In this document: in pieces, positions 23,979 to 33,283 of the stretch
How the letters are laid out: the number at the start of each line of letters is the position of its first letter
How positions within the stretch are numbered: the first letter of the stretch is position 1
Origin: Longimicrobiales bacterium
GTDB lineage: Bacteria > Gemmatimonadota > Gemmatimonadetes > Longimicrobiales > Gaopeijiaceae
Length of the DNA: 64,000 nt
Assembly: GCA_965238005.1 (NCBI GenBank)
Contig: OZ250165.1
Span: 3,328,001 to 3,392,000, forward strand
Reading direction: 5' to 3'
Position numbers and translations under genes: made by a program
Notes under the pieces: generated by a model
The model's input: only the letters and a program-made list of their open reading frames with translations
Told to the model about the DNA's origin: nothing
Databases searched by the model: none

Positions 23979-24509
23979 CTACTCCCCCTCGCTCTCCTTC
24001 TGCTGCTTGAGAGCATCCAGGAGACCGGACATCTCCTGAAGCTTGCTCTCCAAGGCACTCGCCAGCGCAGCCATGGGCGCTTCCAGGGCTCCGGCCAGCT
24101 CGGCCAGGAGCTGCTCCCTAGGCGGTAGCTGGGCCAAACGGACGATCTCGTCGGCCGAAACCACCTTGTCGTCGAGGAGGCCGAGCTTGAAGACCGGCTT
24201 GTCGCCGTGCTCCTTGGCGAAGTCGCTGATGATCTTCGCGGGCTCGACGACCCCCCCGTAGCCCAGCACGACCCCGGTGGGGCCGAGGAGGGCATCGGTA
24301 ATGTCCGGTACCTGCAGCCCTTCGAGGGCGCGCTTGACCAGGCGGTTCTTCACCACCAGGTACTCGGCCCCGGAAGCCCGGAGGTTCTGCCGGAGGCTCG
24401 TCATGGACTTCACGTCCAGGCCGGTGAAGTCGGTGAGGTAGATCACTGGAGCCTGTTCGACTTTCTCGCGGAAATCCACGACGAAGCTTTCTTTTTCCGC
24501 ACGGTTCAT
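23979..24509 (-). CDS. rplJ: 50S ribosomal protein L10
   Basis: DFTGLDV, VVKNRL, LAQLPPREQLL; position between rplA and rplL. Confidence 0.97.
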   Translation of the reverse strand: MNRAEKESFVVDFREKVEQAPVIYLTDFTGLDVKSMTSLRQNLRASGAEYLVVKNRLVKRALEGLQVPDITDALLGPTGVVLGYGGVVEPAKIISDFAKEHGDKPVFKLGLLDDKVVSADEIVRLAQLPPREQLLAELAGALEAPMAALASALESKLQEMSGLLDALKQQKESEGE

Positions 24510-25208
24510 CTATGGGCTCCGGCGAAACAGGTTGGGATCGATGGGGACGCCGGGTCCCATGGTGCTGGAGACCGTGACGCTCCTCACGTACGTGCCCTTG
24601 GCCGCTGACGGCTGGGCCCGAACGATGGAGTCCATGATGGCGCCCAGGTTGTCCCGCAACTGATCGGGTGAGAACGAGACGCGGCCGATGGGCGCGTGCA
24701 CGTTCCCGGTCTTGTCCACGCGGTACTCGATCTTCCCGCCCTTGATCTCCTTCACGGCACGACCGACGTCGAAGGTCACCGTTCCACCCTTGGGAGTCGG
24801 CATGAGTCCCCGGGGGCCGAGAATCCGACCGAGGGGCCCCACCTTGCCCATGAGATCCGGAGTGGCGACGCACACGTCGAACTCCCACCACCCTTGTTGG
24901 ATCTTGTCGACGTACTCGGTGCCCACGTAGTCGGCGCCGGCTTCCGCCGCCTCGGTCTCCTTCTCGCCCTGTGCGATCACCAACACGCGAACAGTCTTAC
25001 CCGTGCCGTGAGGAAGGACGACGGTGCCCCGCACGATCTGATCGGCCTTGCGGGGATCTACGCTTAAGCAAGTGGCGACCTCGACTGTCTCATCGAACTT
25101 GGCCGACGCCATATCCTTGACCATCTGGACCGCTTCGTCGGGCTTGAACTGGACGCCTACAGGCACTTTGGCCTTGGCGTCACGGAATCTCTTACCGTGT
25201 TTTGGCAT
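24510..25208 (-). CDS. rplA: 50S ribosomal protein L1
   Basis: Start ATG 25208 (MPKHGKRF); [37 protein letters not shown]. Confidence 0.98.
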   Translation of the reverse strand: MPKHGKRFRDAKAKVPVGVQFKPDEAVQMVKDMASAKFDETVEVATCLSVDPRKADQIVRGTVVLPHGTGKTVRVLVIAQGEKETEAAEAGADYVGTEYVDKIQQGWWEFDVCVATPDLMGKVGPLGRILGPRGLMPTPKGGTVTFDVGRAVKEIKGGKIEYRVDKTGNVHAPIGRVSFSPDQLRDNLGAIMDSIVRAQPSAAKGTYVRSVTVSSTMGPGVPIDPNLFRRSP

Positions 25209-25397
25209 GGCCCTGAGCCGGCTTGTTCGTCCTCCCACCCGTGGCGGCTCACATCGAGTGGTTCCGTGGACTTCTCGAGCATGGGCGCGGGCGGTATCTC
25301 CTCCTCGCTCCCTGCTGTTCGCTTCGCTCTCAGATGGTCGCTGCGGGAAGATCCCGACGCCGCCCCCCTGAGAAGTCACTACACAGCGTGTTTGCTT

Positions 25398-25937
25398 CTA
25401 GACAGCGTTTTGCTTCTGGTTTTGTACCTCTTGCTGGCTTGGTGCCTCGTCCTGCTCCTGGCCTTCTACCTCTTCCGGGCTTCGTACCTCTATCTGGTCT
25501 CGTGCCTCTCCTGAGCCTTCTAAGACGATGCCCATGGAGCGGGCGGTTCCGGAGAGCATCCGGACGGCGGCGTCCATGTCCGTCGTATTCAAGTCGACCA
25601 TCTTGGTCTCGGCGATCTCCTCGAGCTGCTTCCGGGTGACCGTGCCCACCTTTTCTCTGTTGGGCTCACCCGACGCCTTCTGGAGACCCGCAGCCTTCTT
25701 GATGAGGAAGGACGCCGGCGGCGTCTTGGTGATGAAGGTAAACGACCGGTCCGAATAGACCGTGATCTCCACCGGAATCGTCACGCCGGGCTGCTGCTGA
25801 GTCTTGGAGTTGAACTCCTTGCAGAACTCCATGATGTTCAGGCCGTGCTGGCCCAGCGCGGGCCCCACGGGCGGCGCCGGGTTCGCCTGGCCTCCCGCGA
25901 CGTGAAGCTTGATGAAACCGGTGACCTTCTTCGCCAT
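25398..25937 (-). CDS. rplK: 50S ribosomal protein L11 with acidic C-terminal extension
   Basis: [28 protein letters not shown]; ~38 extra C-terminal residues. Confidence 0.98.
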   Translation of the reverse strand: MAKKVTGFIKLHVAGGQANPAPPVGPALGQHGLNIMEFCKEFNSKTQQQPGVTIPVEITVYSDRSFTFITKTPPASFLIKKAAGLQKASGEPNREKVGTVTRKQLEEIAETKMVDLNTTDMDAAVRMLSGTARSMGIVLEGSGEARDQIEVRSPEEVEGQEQDEAPSQQEVQNQKQNAV

Positions 25938-25969
25938 ATTCTATTCCTGAGAGGTTGCCGACAGGGTCT

Positions 25970-26521
25970 CTAGAACCCCTTCAACTGCGTGTAATCCAGC
26001 TCGACCGAGGTGGGCCGTCCGAAGAGCGAAACCTCGACCTTGACCTTGCCCTTTTCCACGTAGACCTCCTGGATCGTCCCGGAGAAGTCGTTGAAGGGAC
26101 CCTGCACGACCTCAACGGCCTGCCCGACGTGGAACGGGATCTCCTCATGTGTCCCGTCGTCCTCCTTCTCCACCTCGATCCCGAGGATCTTGTTGATCTC
26201 ATCCTCGTGCAGAGGCTGCGGTGCCTTCCCCGCACCGACAAACTTGATGACCCCCTGGATGTTGTTGATGGTGTGCATGGTCCTCTCGTTGAGATCCATG
26301 TTCACCAGCACGTATCCGGGGTACAAGCGCTTCGTGACCGTGACGCGCTTTCCGTTGCGAATCTCGACCACGTCCTGTGTCGGGACGACCACGTCCCGGA
26401 TCTCCTTGCCCTCGGCCTCGCCGGCCTCGTCTTCGATCCGACGCTGAATCAGCTTCTGGACCTTGTTCTCATGCCCTGAGTACGTCTGGATCGCGTACCA
26501 CTTGGAGTAAGCCATGATCAT
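25970..26521 (-). CDS. nusG: Transcription termination/antitermination factor NusG
   Basis: WYAIQTYSGHENKV, PGYVLV, KOW GPFNDFSG, FGRPTSVEL. Confidence 0.98.
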   Translation of the reverse strand: MIMAYSKWYAIQTYSGHENKVQKLIQRRIEDEAGEAEGKEIRDVVVPTQDVVEIRNGKRVTVTKRLYPGYVLVNMDLNERTMHTINNIQGVIKFVGAGKAPQPLHEDEINKILGIEVEKEDDGTHEEIPFHVGQAVEVVQGPFNDFSGTIQEVYVEKGKVKVEVSLFGRPTSVELDYTQLKGF

Positions 26522-26532
26522 GTGCGTCGTAC

Positions 26533-26745
26533 TCAGGCCCCGAAGATGCCCATGATGAAGTTGATCACAGTCCGTGATGCCACGTCCATTACCCAGATGA
26601 CCGCCGAGATCAGGAACACGAAGGCAATGACCACCAGGGTGGCGCTCTTGAGCTGCTCGTAGTCCGGCCAGGTCACCTTGCCCAGCTCATCCCAGCACTC
26701 CTCCACGAAGTCCCTAGTGGCAGTGATTTTTTCGCCGATAGCCAT
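26533..26745 (-). CDS. secE: Preprotein translocase subunit SecE
   Basis: ELGKVTWP motif plus TM helix; between rpmG and nusG. Confidence 0.95.
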   Translation of the reverse strand: MAIGEKITATRDFVEECWDELGKVTWPDYEQLKSATLVVIAFVFLISAVIWVMDVASRTVINFIMGIFGA

Positions 26746-26756
26746 GCGCCGACTCG

Positions 26757-26909
26757 CTACTTGGTCTCTTTATGCGCCCTGTGCTGCCTGCACCGCGGGC
26801 AGTATTTACGCTGCTCGACCCGCTCCGGGTGCAGGCGCTTGTTCTTCGTCGTGTGGTAGTTCCGCTCCTCGCACTCCATACAAGCGAGGATAATCTTGTC
26901 TCTAGCCAT
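26757..26909 (-). CDS. rpmG: 50S ribosomal protein L33 (Zn-ribbon type; absent from ORF track)
   Basis: Manual translation [50 protein letters not shown]. Confidence 0.97.
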   Translation of the reverse strand: MARDKIILACMECEERNYHTTKNKRLHPERVEQRKYCPRCRQHRAHKETK

Positions 26910-27331
26910 GTCTTCCTCTCACTGCGGGGCCGGTAGGGCCCCGCGGACTCTACTGCTGGCCGGCGTTAGGTCGGCGAGCGAAGGGAGAAGTTGCCTCCTC
27001 CGCTACACCGTGGGCCGGGACGCTGCGGAGGCAACTGCTCCCTTCGCTCCTGCCGTCACTGGCCATCCACCTGCGCTTCGCGGGGCAAGACACCGGCCCC
27101 GCCCTTCGTTCCATCTAGCTTCCCCATCTCGCTTCTCTCGCTTCTCTCGCTTGTCTCGCTTTCCTAGCTTCCCGCCAACGCCCCAGTGAGCGCACCCGCA
27201 CAGGCGTGCGCGCGGTGTGGGCCGACAAGCTGCCGGAGCCCCGCTATGTCGCTGGCTTGAGCTTTTCTCTCTCCCGCAGCGTCCCGGTCTACGGTGTAGC
27301 GGAGGGGGAGAGAAAAACCTCAAGCCCCGAC
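26905..27331. repeat. tuf-downstream intergenic element, copy 2
   Basis: Homologous to 2153-2478; also carries an inverted copy of the hairpin-loop sequence at ~27274-27304. Confidence 0.85.
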
Positions 27332-28522
<1,191 letters not shown>

Positions 28523-28577
28523 CAGTCCCCTCGTGGCGTTGGGTCGCTTCCTTCGTTGTTCCCCTGAAGTATCTAAG

Positions 28578-28649
28578 AGCTCCGACCGGGATTTGAACCC
28601 GGGACCTCCTCCTTACCAAGGAGGCGCTCTACCACTGAGCTATCGGAGC
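28578..28649 (-). tRNA. tRNA-Thr(GGT)
   Basis: GCTCCGATAGCTCAGTGGTAGAGCGCCTCCTTGGTAAGGAGG...GGTTCAAATCCCGGTCGGAGCT cloverleaf. Confidence 0.97.
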
Positions 28650-28663
28650 GCCACCTGCAATAG

Positions 28664-28737
28664 AGCGGGAGACGGGACTCGAACCCGCGACCCTCAGCTT
28701 GGAAGGCTGATGCTCTAGCCAACTGAGCTACTCCCGC
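28664..28737 (-). tRNA. tRNA-Gly(TCC)
   Basis: GCGGGAGTAGCTCAGTTGGCTAGAGCATCAGCCTTCCAAGCTGA...GGTTCGAGTCCCGTCTCCCGCT. Confidence 0.97.
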
Positions 28738-28762
28738 AAAGCAACCGTCCGTTGGACTCAAG

Positions 28763-28844
28763 TGGTGGGGGTAGGATTCGAACCTACGAAGGCTAAGCCA
28801 GCAGATTTACAGTCTGCCCCGTTTGACCGCTTCGGTACCCCACC
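28763..28844 (-). tRNA. tRNA-Tyr(GTA)
   Basis: GGTGGGGTACCGAAGCGGTCAAACGGGGCAGACTGTAAATCTGC, long variable arm, GGTTCGAATCC. Confidence 0.97.
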
Positions 28845-28938
28845 GGCTACCGATCCGGGGCCTCTACCCCGCGACCTCCTTCTCCCCGGAACAAAGCAAG
28901 CCGCCCGACGCAGGCGGCCTTTTCCAGGCAAGCTTGAT

Positions 28939-28967
28939 AAGTTAACGACTCGATAAACCGTCATCAA
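28939..28967 (-). promoter_or_regulatory. sigma70-type promoter of the tRNA-Tyr/Gly/Thr-tuf operon
   Basis: TTGATG-N17-TAACTT; same -10 hexamer as the str promoter. Confidence 0.6.
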
Positions 28968-29880
28968 GCCCCGAAAAGCCCGGCTTTCGGCTGCAGCTCC
29001 GGGTCCGGTGAAGCATCCTCCAACGGCGGTCCGAGATTGCGATCGAGGAGGGCATGCTGATCGGGATCGCGGCCCATGAAATCCCTGAAGAGGACCTCGG
29101 GCTCGTCGCTGTCCCCCCCGTCAGAATACAGTCCAGGTAGGCCCTTCCGACCTCCCGGTTGAAGATCCCCTCGCGTTTGAACCGCCCGAAGGCATCGGCC
29201 TCCAGGACTTCGGACCAGAGGTAGGAGTAGTACGCGGCCGCATACCCGCCCGAGAAGATATGCGTGAACGAAGCCGTGGTGTGGGAGCGAGCGAAGACCG
29301 GGCACGGCATGTACCCTACCAGCAACTCTTCGATACGCGCCATGATGTCCTCGGCGGACGGCAACGTCGTCTCGCAGTGAAGCCAAAGGTCCAGGAATCC
29401 GAACGAAAGCTGGCGCATCTGCTTCCAACCGCCCATGAACCGCCGGGCCTGCTGTAGCCGGGCGTAGAGCTCCTTGGGGAGCGGCTCCCCGGTTTCGTAG
29501 TGGCCCGAGAAGAGGGGAAGCGCCTCTTCCTCCCACGCCCAGTTCTCCGTGATCTGCGAGGGGAGCTCCACGAAAAGTCCCAAGCCACGTTGATACCGGC
29601 CATGGGGGCGATGGGCACCCGAGAGGTCAGGTGGTGGAGGAGATGCCCGAACTCGTGGAAAATCGTCTCCACCTCCCGATGCGTCAGAAGCGACGGGATG
29701 TCGCCCTTGGGGGGAGTGAGATTCCCGGCGATGATGCCAAGGTGCGGCTCGAATCCCTCTTCCGTGGGCCCGCCGGTAGCCAGGTCGTTCATCCAGGCGC
29801 CTTGACGTTTCTAGCGGCGAGAATGCCAGTCCACGTAGAGGGTACCCCAGGTGGGTTCCGTCGTCCTCGTCTTCACGACG
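28964..29880 (-). pseudogene. M3 family oligopeptidase (PrlC/Dcp-like), C-terminal remnant
   Basis: [43 protein letters not shown] and FRDFMGRDP lie in three frames; in-frame TAG in [16 protein letters not shown]-terminal half absent. Confidence 0.85.
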
Positions 29881-29973
29881 GATTCGCTCGTCGGACGCGC
29901 TTGGGTAAGCTGCGGCCAACGGGGATCCGGCGCCACCCTCCCCCCGGCCCTCGAAAGCGATGGGTGAAGTGCC

Positions 29974-31125
29974 CTAGTCGGCCAGTTCGGGGACGGGCTC
30001 TTGAGTCAGCCAGAGGCCGGTATCGGGGACGAAGGTGGCCCAAGCGAACCAGAAGGACACGTAGGCCTCGGGAACCTGCACCAGCCTCTGTCCCTCCATG
30101 CTCCCCGAGATCGCACGCCCTTCCAGAGTCCACTCGCTGCCGGTCTCGACGTCGACGTAGCGTCCCTCCACAACCCCGAAGGTCAGGGCCTGGCCTCCGA
30201 CGGTGGTCCGGTAGGGCACCGCCGCTTTGGAGCTACGGTCCCAGAACACCACGATATCCTCGCCGTCTGCCTCGGAGTGAACGACCTTCCGGTCGCCAGC
30301 CGAGTCCAAAGCGTTGAACGGAAACGCCATGCCGCCGCCGTCCACGAAGGGAATCCCCAACACTCGCTCCTTGGGTGGGCGCCGGTCGTCGAAGTCACCC
30401 CTCGGGAACAGGGTCCTGGCGTTGTTCAAGCTCTCGTAGTTGCCGTACGGATCCTGCTGATAATTACGGGGGAACTCCGTGGAGCTCGAGACGACCTTCG
30501 TGTCCGGGTGAAGGTCCACCCACGCGTCCCAACGCATCTCGATGGCGGCGAGCATCTCCAGCATCTGTCCGTCGCGGGGCCCACAGCGCGCTCCCCGCAT
30601 CATCTGGGGCCAGAGCGACTGATCGTCGCTGCGATCGAACAGGATCAGGTTGTTCTGAAAGAGCAGGCCCGACACGCCGAACTCGGCTCCACCGGCGGCC
30701 GTGCGGTCGAAGACCATGCTGGACCCCGTGAGGGGGCAGTAGGTGACGGCCAAGGGGGTCGAGAAGGCGTTGAAGTTCACGATCTCGTGCCACCAGAGGA
30801 TGTTGTGGGGGATGGCGACATAGGTCCCCTCGATCTCCATCCCGATCACCCGATCCCACGTCCGGACGTAGCTGGCACCTGGATCGTCGATCCCCACGAG
30901 CTCGGGATCGGAAAGCGCAGGGATGCCGTCGCGACCGACACCGCCCGACACGATGAAGCTCTCGGGGATGCTGCAGGGGCCGTCTTCCGGTTGCTGGAGC
31001 TTCGGGAAGGTGCCGTCGGAGGAGTCGCCACACGCGGCGGCCATCAGGGCGAGAGCGAAGGCGAGGGCCATGACTTCGGCGGGCATCCTAGCCGGTGTAT
31101 GTCGCATCATTCTCCGTCGGGTCAC
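29974..31125 (-). CDS. DUF3179-family lipoprotein
   Basis: Lipobox MAAAC; RDGIPAL, WHEIVN, TYCPLTGS, FGVSGLL, FWFAW; true start probably slightly downstream. Confidence 0.75.
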   Translation of the reverse strand: MTRRRMMRHTPARMPAEVMALAFALALMAAACGDSSDGTFPKLQQPEDGPCSIPESFIVSGGVGRDGIPALSDPELVGIDDPGASYVRTWDRVIGMEIEGTYVAIPHNILWWHEIVNFNAFSTPLAVTYCPLTGSSMVFDRTAAGGAEFGVSGLLFQNNLILFDRSDDQSLWPQMMRGARCGPRDGQMLEMLAAIEMRWDAWVDLHPDTKVVSSSTEFPRNYQQDPYGNYESLNNARTLFPRGDFDDRRPPKERVLGIPFVDGGGMAFPFNALDSAGDRKVVHSEADGEDIVVFWDRSSKAAVPYRTTVGGQALTFGVVEGRYVDVETGSEWTLEGRAISGSMEGQRLVQVPEAYVSFWFAWATFVPDTGLWLTQEPVPELAD

Positions 31126-31449
31126 GGTCGCTCAGTCGGCTGCGTTCCTGGGGCCACGCAAGAAAACTCGCGGAGGCCCGGGCCTGTTCCCACTCGCCGC
31201 ATGAGATCACCCACGATCCGTGTGCGGCTCCCAACGCGAGGCTCCAAGTCATACTGGGCGGAACGGGCCGTCGCACACTATTCTCGATCCCAATCCAAGG
31301 GTCTCACGTAGAAAGCGGTCGAAGCCACTGTAGACGAGGAGGTGGTGAACATGGGCGTCGACGTCTCGACCTCGATCACCATAGGGTGTCCGCGGCTCTG
31401 ATTTAGAACGCAGCCACTCCAACAGCGCCCCGTTATCCGACTAGTGACC

Positions 31450-31800
31450 GACACTGGCCGTTCTGGTCGTCGGGCTCCCTCCTGGGCGCTCGGGACGGCG
31501 CCCCGACCCTGACCGCCTATCTCATTGTCGGCGGAATCGGCGTCTCAGTCTTTGCCGAAGGTGGGTCGGGGTGGGCGCACTTCGTAGGGCGACCGCCCGG
31601 TATCTACTGGGCTTGGTCGCGGCAGCCGCAGCGGCCGGTCGACTAGCCGACCGGGGCCTGCTCCGCCGGTTCGGCCCTGCCATTGCCGTCATGATCTGCG
31701 GTCATGCGCTGATTCTAGCTCTTGGGTGGTTGAGGTTCGCCTGGATGCTGGGGGCGACCCCCGCATTCTGGCAGGGGGTAGGGGGTCGCCCCATTTGTTA
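31450..31800 (+). pseudogene. bioY: Degraded biotin transporter BioY
   Basis: Frameshifted fragments TLAVLVVG / LLGARDG..TLTAYLIVGGIGVSVFAEGG / ATARYLLGLVAAA..GRLAD / GHALILALGWL resemble BioY. Confidence 0.6.
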
Positions 31801-31899
31801 TTGTCCTTCCTGCGCGGATGCATCGCTTTAGCGACCTGCACCGCCGGCGGTTACGACCTGTCCCTGAATCGGTGAAAGCAGCGGTGAACAGGGCCGCCG

Positions 31900-32889
31900 T
31901 CAGACGCTAACCTGCACCACCACCTTCCCCATGGCCTGACCGGATTCCAAGCGGGCATGGGCCCCTGCCACATCTTCAAGGGCATAGGGTTCGCCATCCA
32001 TCAGCGGGCGGATCTGCCCGGCTTCCGCAAGGGCGGTAATCTCCCGCATGATCTGGCCGTGCGCGGCCGCGCCCGTCCCATGCAACAATGGCATCAGCAT
32101 CATGACGGCGATATGCTGCAATCCCTTTAGGTGCAAAGGCGTCAAATCCTGGGTCGAATTGGTCTGGCAGCTGATCACCGTGCCCTTCAGTTTGGCGGCG
32201 GCCCAGGATTTTGGGATATTTTCACCTCCAACCGTATCATAGACGATATCGAAACCGGCTCCACCCGTATGGGCGACGACGTAGTCCTCAACGGTGTTTT
32301 CCCGATAGTTGATGGGAATGGCGCCAAACTCGCTGACCACGGCGGCCTTTTCCGGGCCGGATACGGTGGCGTAGACCTTGGCCCTCCGGGCGATGGCAAT
32401 CTGTATGGCGACATGGCCGACACCGCCCGCGCCCGCGTGCACCAGAACAGTCTGGCCCCGGCCTAAATTGGCGCCATCGACAAGGCCTTCCCAGGCGGTC
32501 AGACAGACAAGGGGTAGTGCCGCGGCTTCCACCATGGACAGATTGGTCGGCTTCGGCGCAAGAAAGTCAGCATCACAGGCCATGAATTCGGCCAAGGCCC
32601 CGCCCGTACCCTTGACCCCGCCGGCACAGCCATAGACCTCTTCGCCTACCGCGAAACCGCTGACATCGGCGCCAACCGCCTCCACCACGCCGGCCACATC
32701 GCCCTGTAGCACGGCGGGCATATCGGGGCCCAAAGGCGGACCAAGCTTGCGGATCTTCCAATCCACCGGATTGACCGAAGTCGCCGCGACCCGCACCAGA
32801 ACCTGGCTGGGGCCGATCCGTGGCACCGGGATATCCGCCGCTTCGAAGACCGACGGTGCGCCGCTTTCGCGGATGATCATTGCTTTCAT
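31900..32889 (-). CDS. MDR superfamily NADPH:quinone oxidoreductase / Zn-ADH-like protein
   Basis: VNPVDWK, GDVAGVV, AAALPLV..TAW, VLVHAGAGGVGH, GKVVV. Confidence 0.9.
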   Translation of the reverse strand: MKAMIIRESGAPSVFEAADIPVPRIGPSQVLVRVAATSVNPVDWKIRKLGPPLGPDMPAVLQGDVAGVVEAVGADVSGFAVGEEVYGCAGGVKGTGGALAEFMACDADFLAPKPTNLSMVEAAALPLVCLTAWEGLVDGANLGRGQTVLVHAGAGGVGHVAIQIAIARRAKVYATVSGPEKAAVVSEFGAIPINYRENTVEDYVVAHTGGAGFDIVYDTVGGENIPKSWAAAKLKGTVISCQTNSTQDLTPLHLKGLQHIAVMMLMPLLHGTGAAAHGQIMREITALAEAGQIRPLMDGEPYALEDVAGAHARLESGQAMGKVVVQVSV

Positions 32890-32940
32890 AATCCCGGATC
32901 CTGAATGGGAGGGGCGATATAGGTTCCCGTCTTACGTCAA

Positions 32941-33013
32941 AGCTGGCGAACGGACTCGAACCGTTAACCTGCTGCTTACAAGGCAGCTGCTCTGCCAATT
33001 GAGCTACGCCAGC
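32941..33013 (-). tRNA. tRNA-Thr(TGT)
   Basis: GCTGGCGTAGCTCAATTGGCAGAGCAGCTGCCTTGTAAGCAGCAGGTTAACGGTTCGAGTCCGTTCGCCAGCT. Confidence 0.97.
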
Positions 33014-33283
33014 AAACAATTGTCACACAGCAGGTTAGCACATCCTGCCGTGTTCACACGTGGGACTGAGTCACCAGAAAGTCACCGTGCGACCCACCGT
33101 CGGGCGCTTTCCTATGATGCCGGGCCTGTGGTTTCTAATGGCCACCCAGTGCATCTGCTCCCAAGGTAACAACCGGGAGGGCGGCGATCTACATCGAAGA
33201 GGGAGCCTTGAACGGCTCGCTACGAGTCAGTCGCTCCAGACGGCCATCGGAGCCTCCGTTCGAGGGCGAGAGCAAGGCGTCCT

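Noticed and set aside
25209..25379. N-terminal extensions on rplA (also pyrD, pgi, fabH, rnd, nitrilase, M28) in the ORF track
   Set aside because: Longest-ORF artefacts; better starts with RBS or overlap coupling lie downstream, and some extensions run through MITE sequence
29974..31125. Selenoprotein form of DUF3179
   Set aside because: The motif reads TYCPLTGS with a normal Cys codon and there is no in-frame TGA
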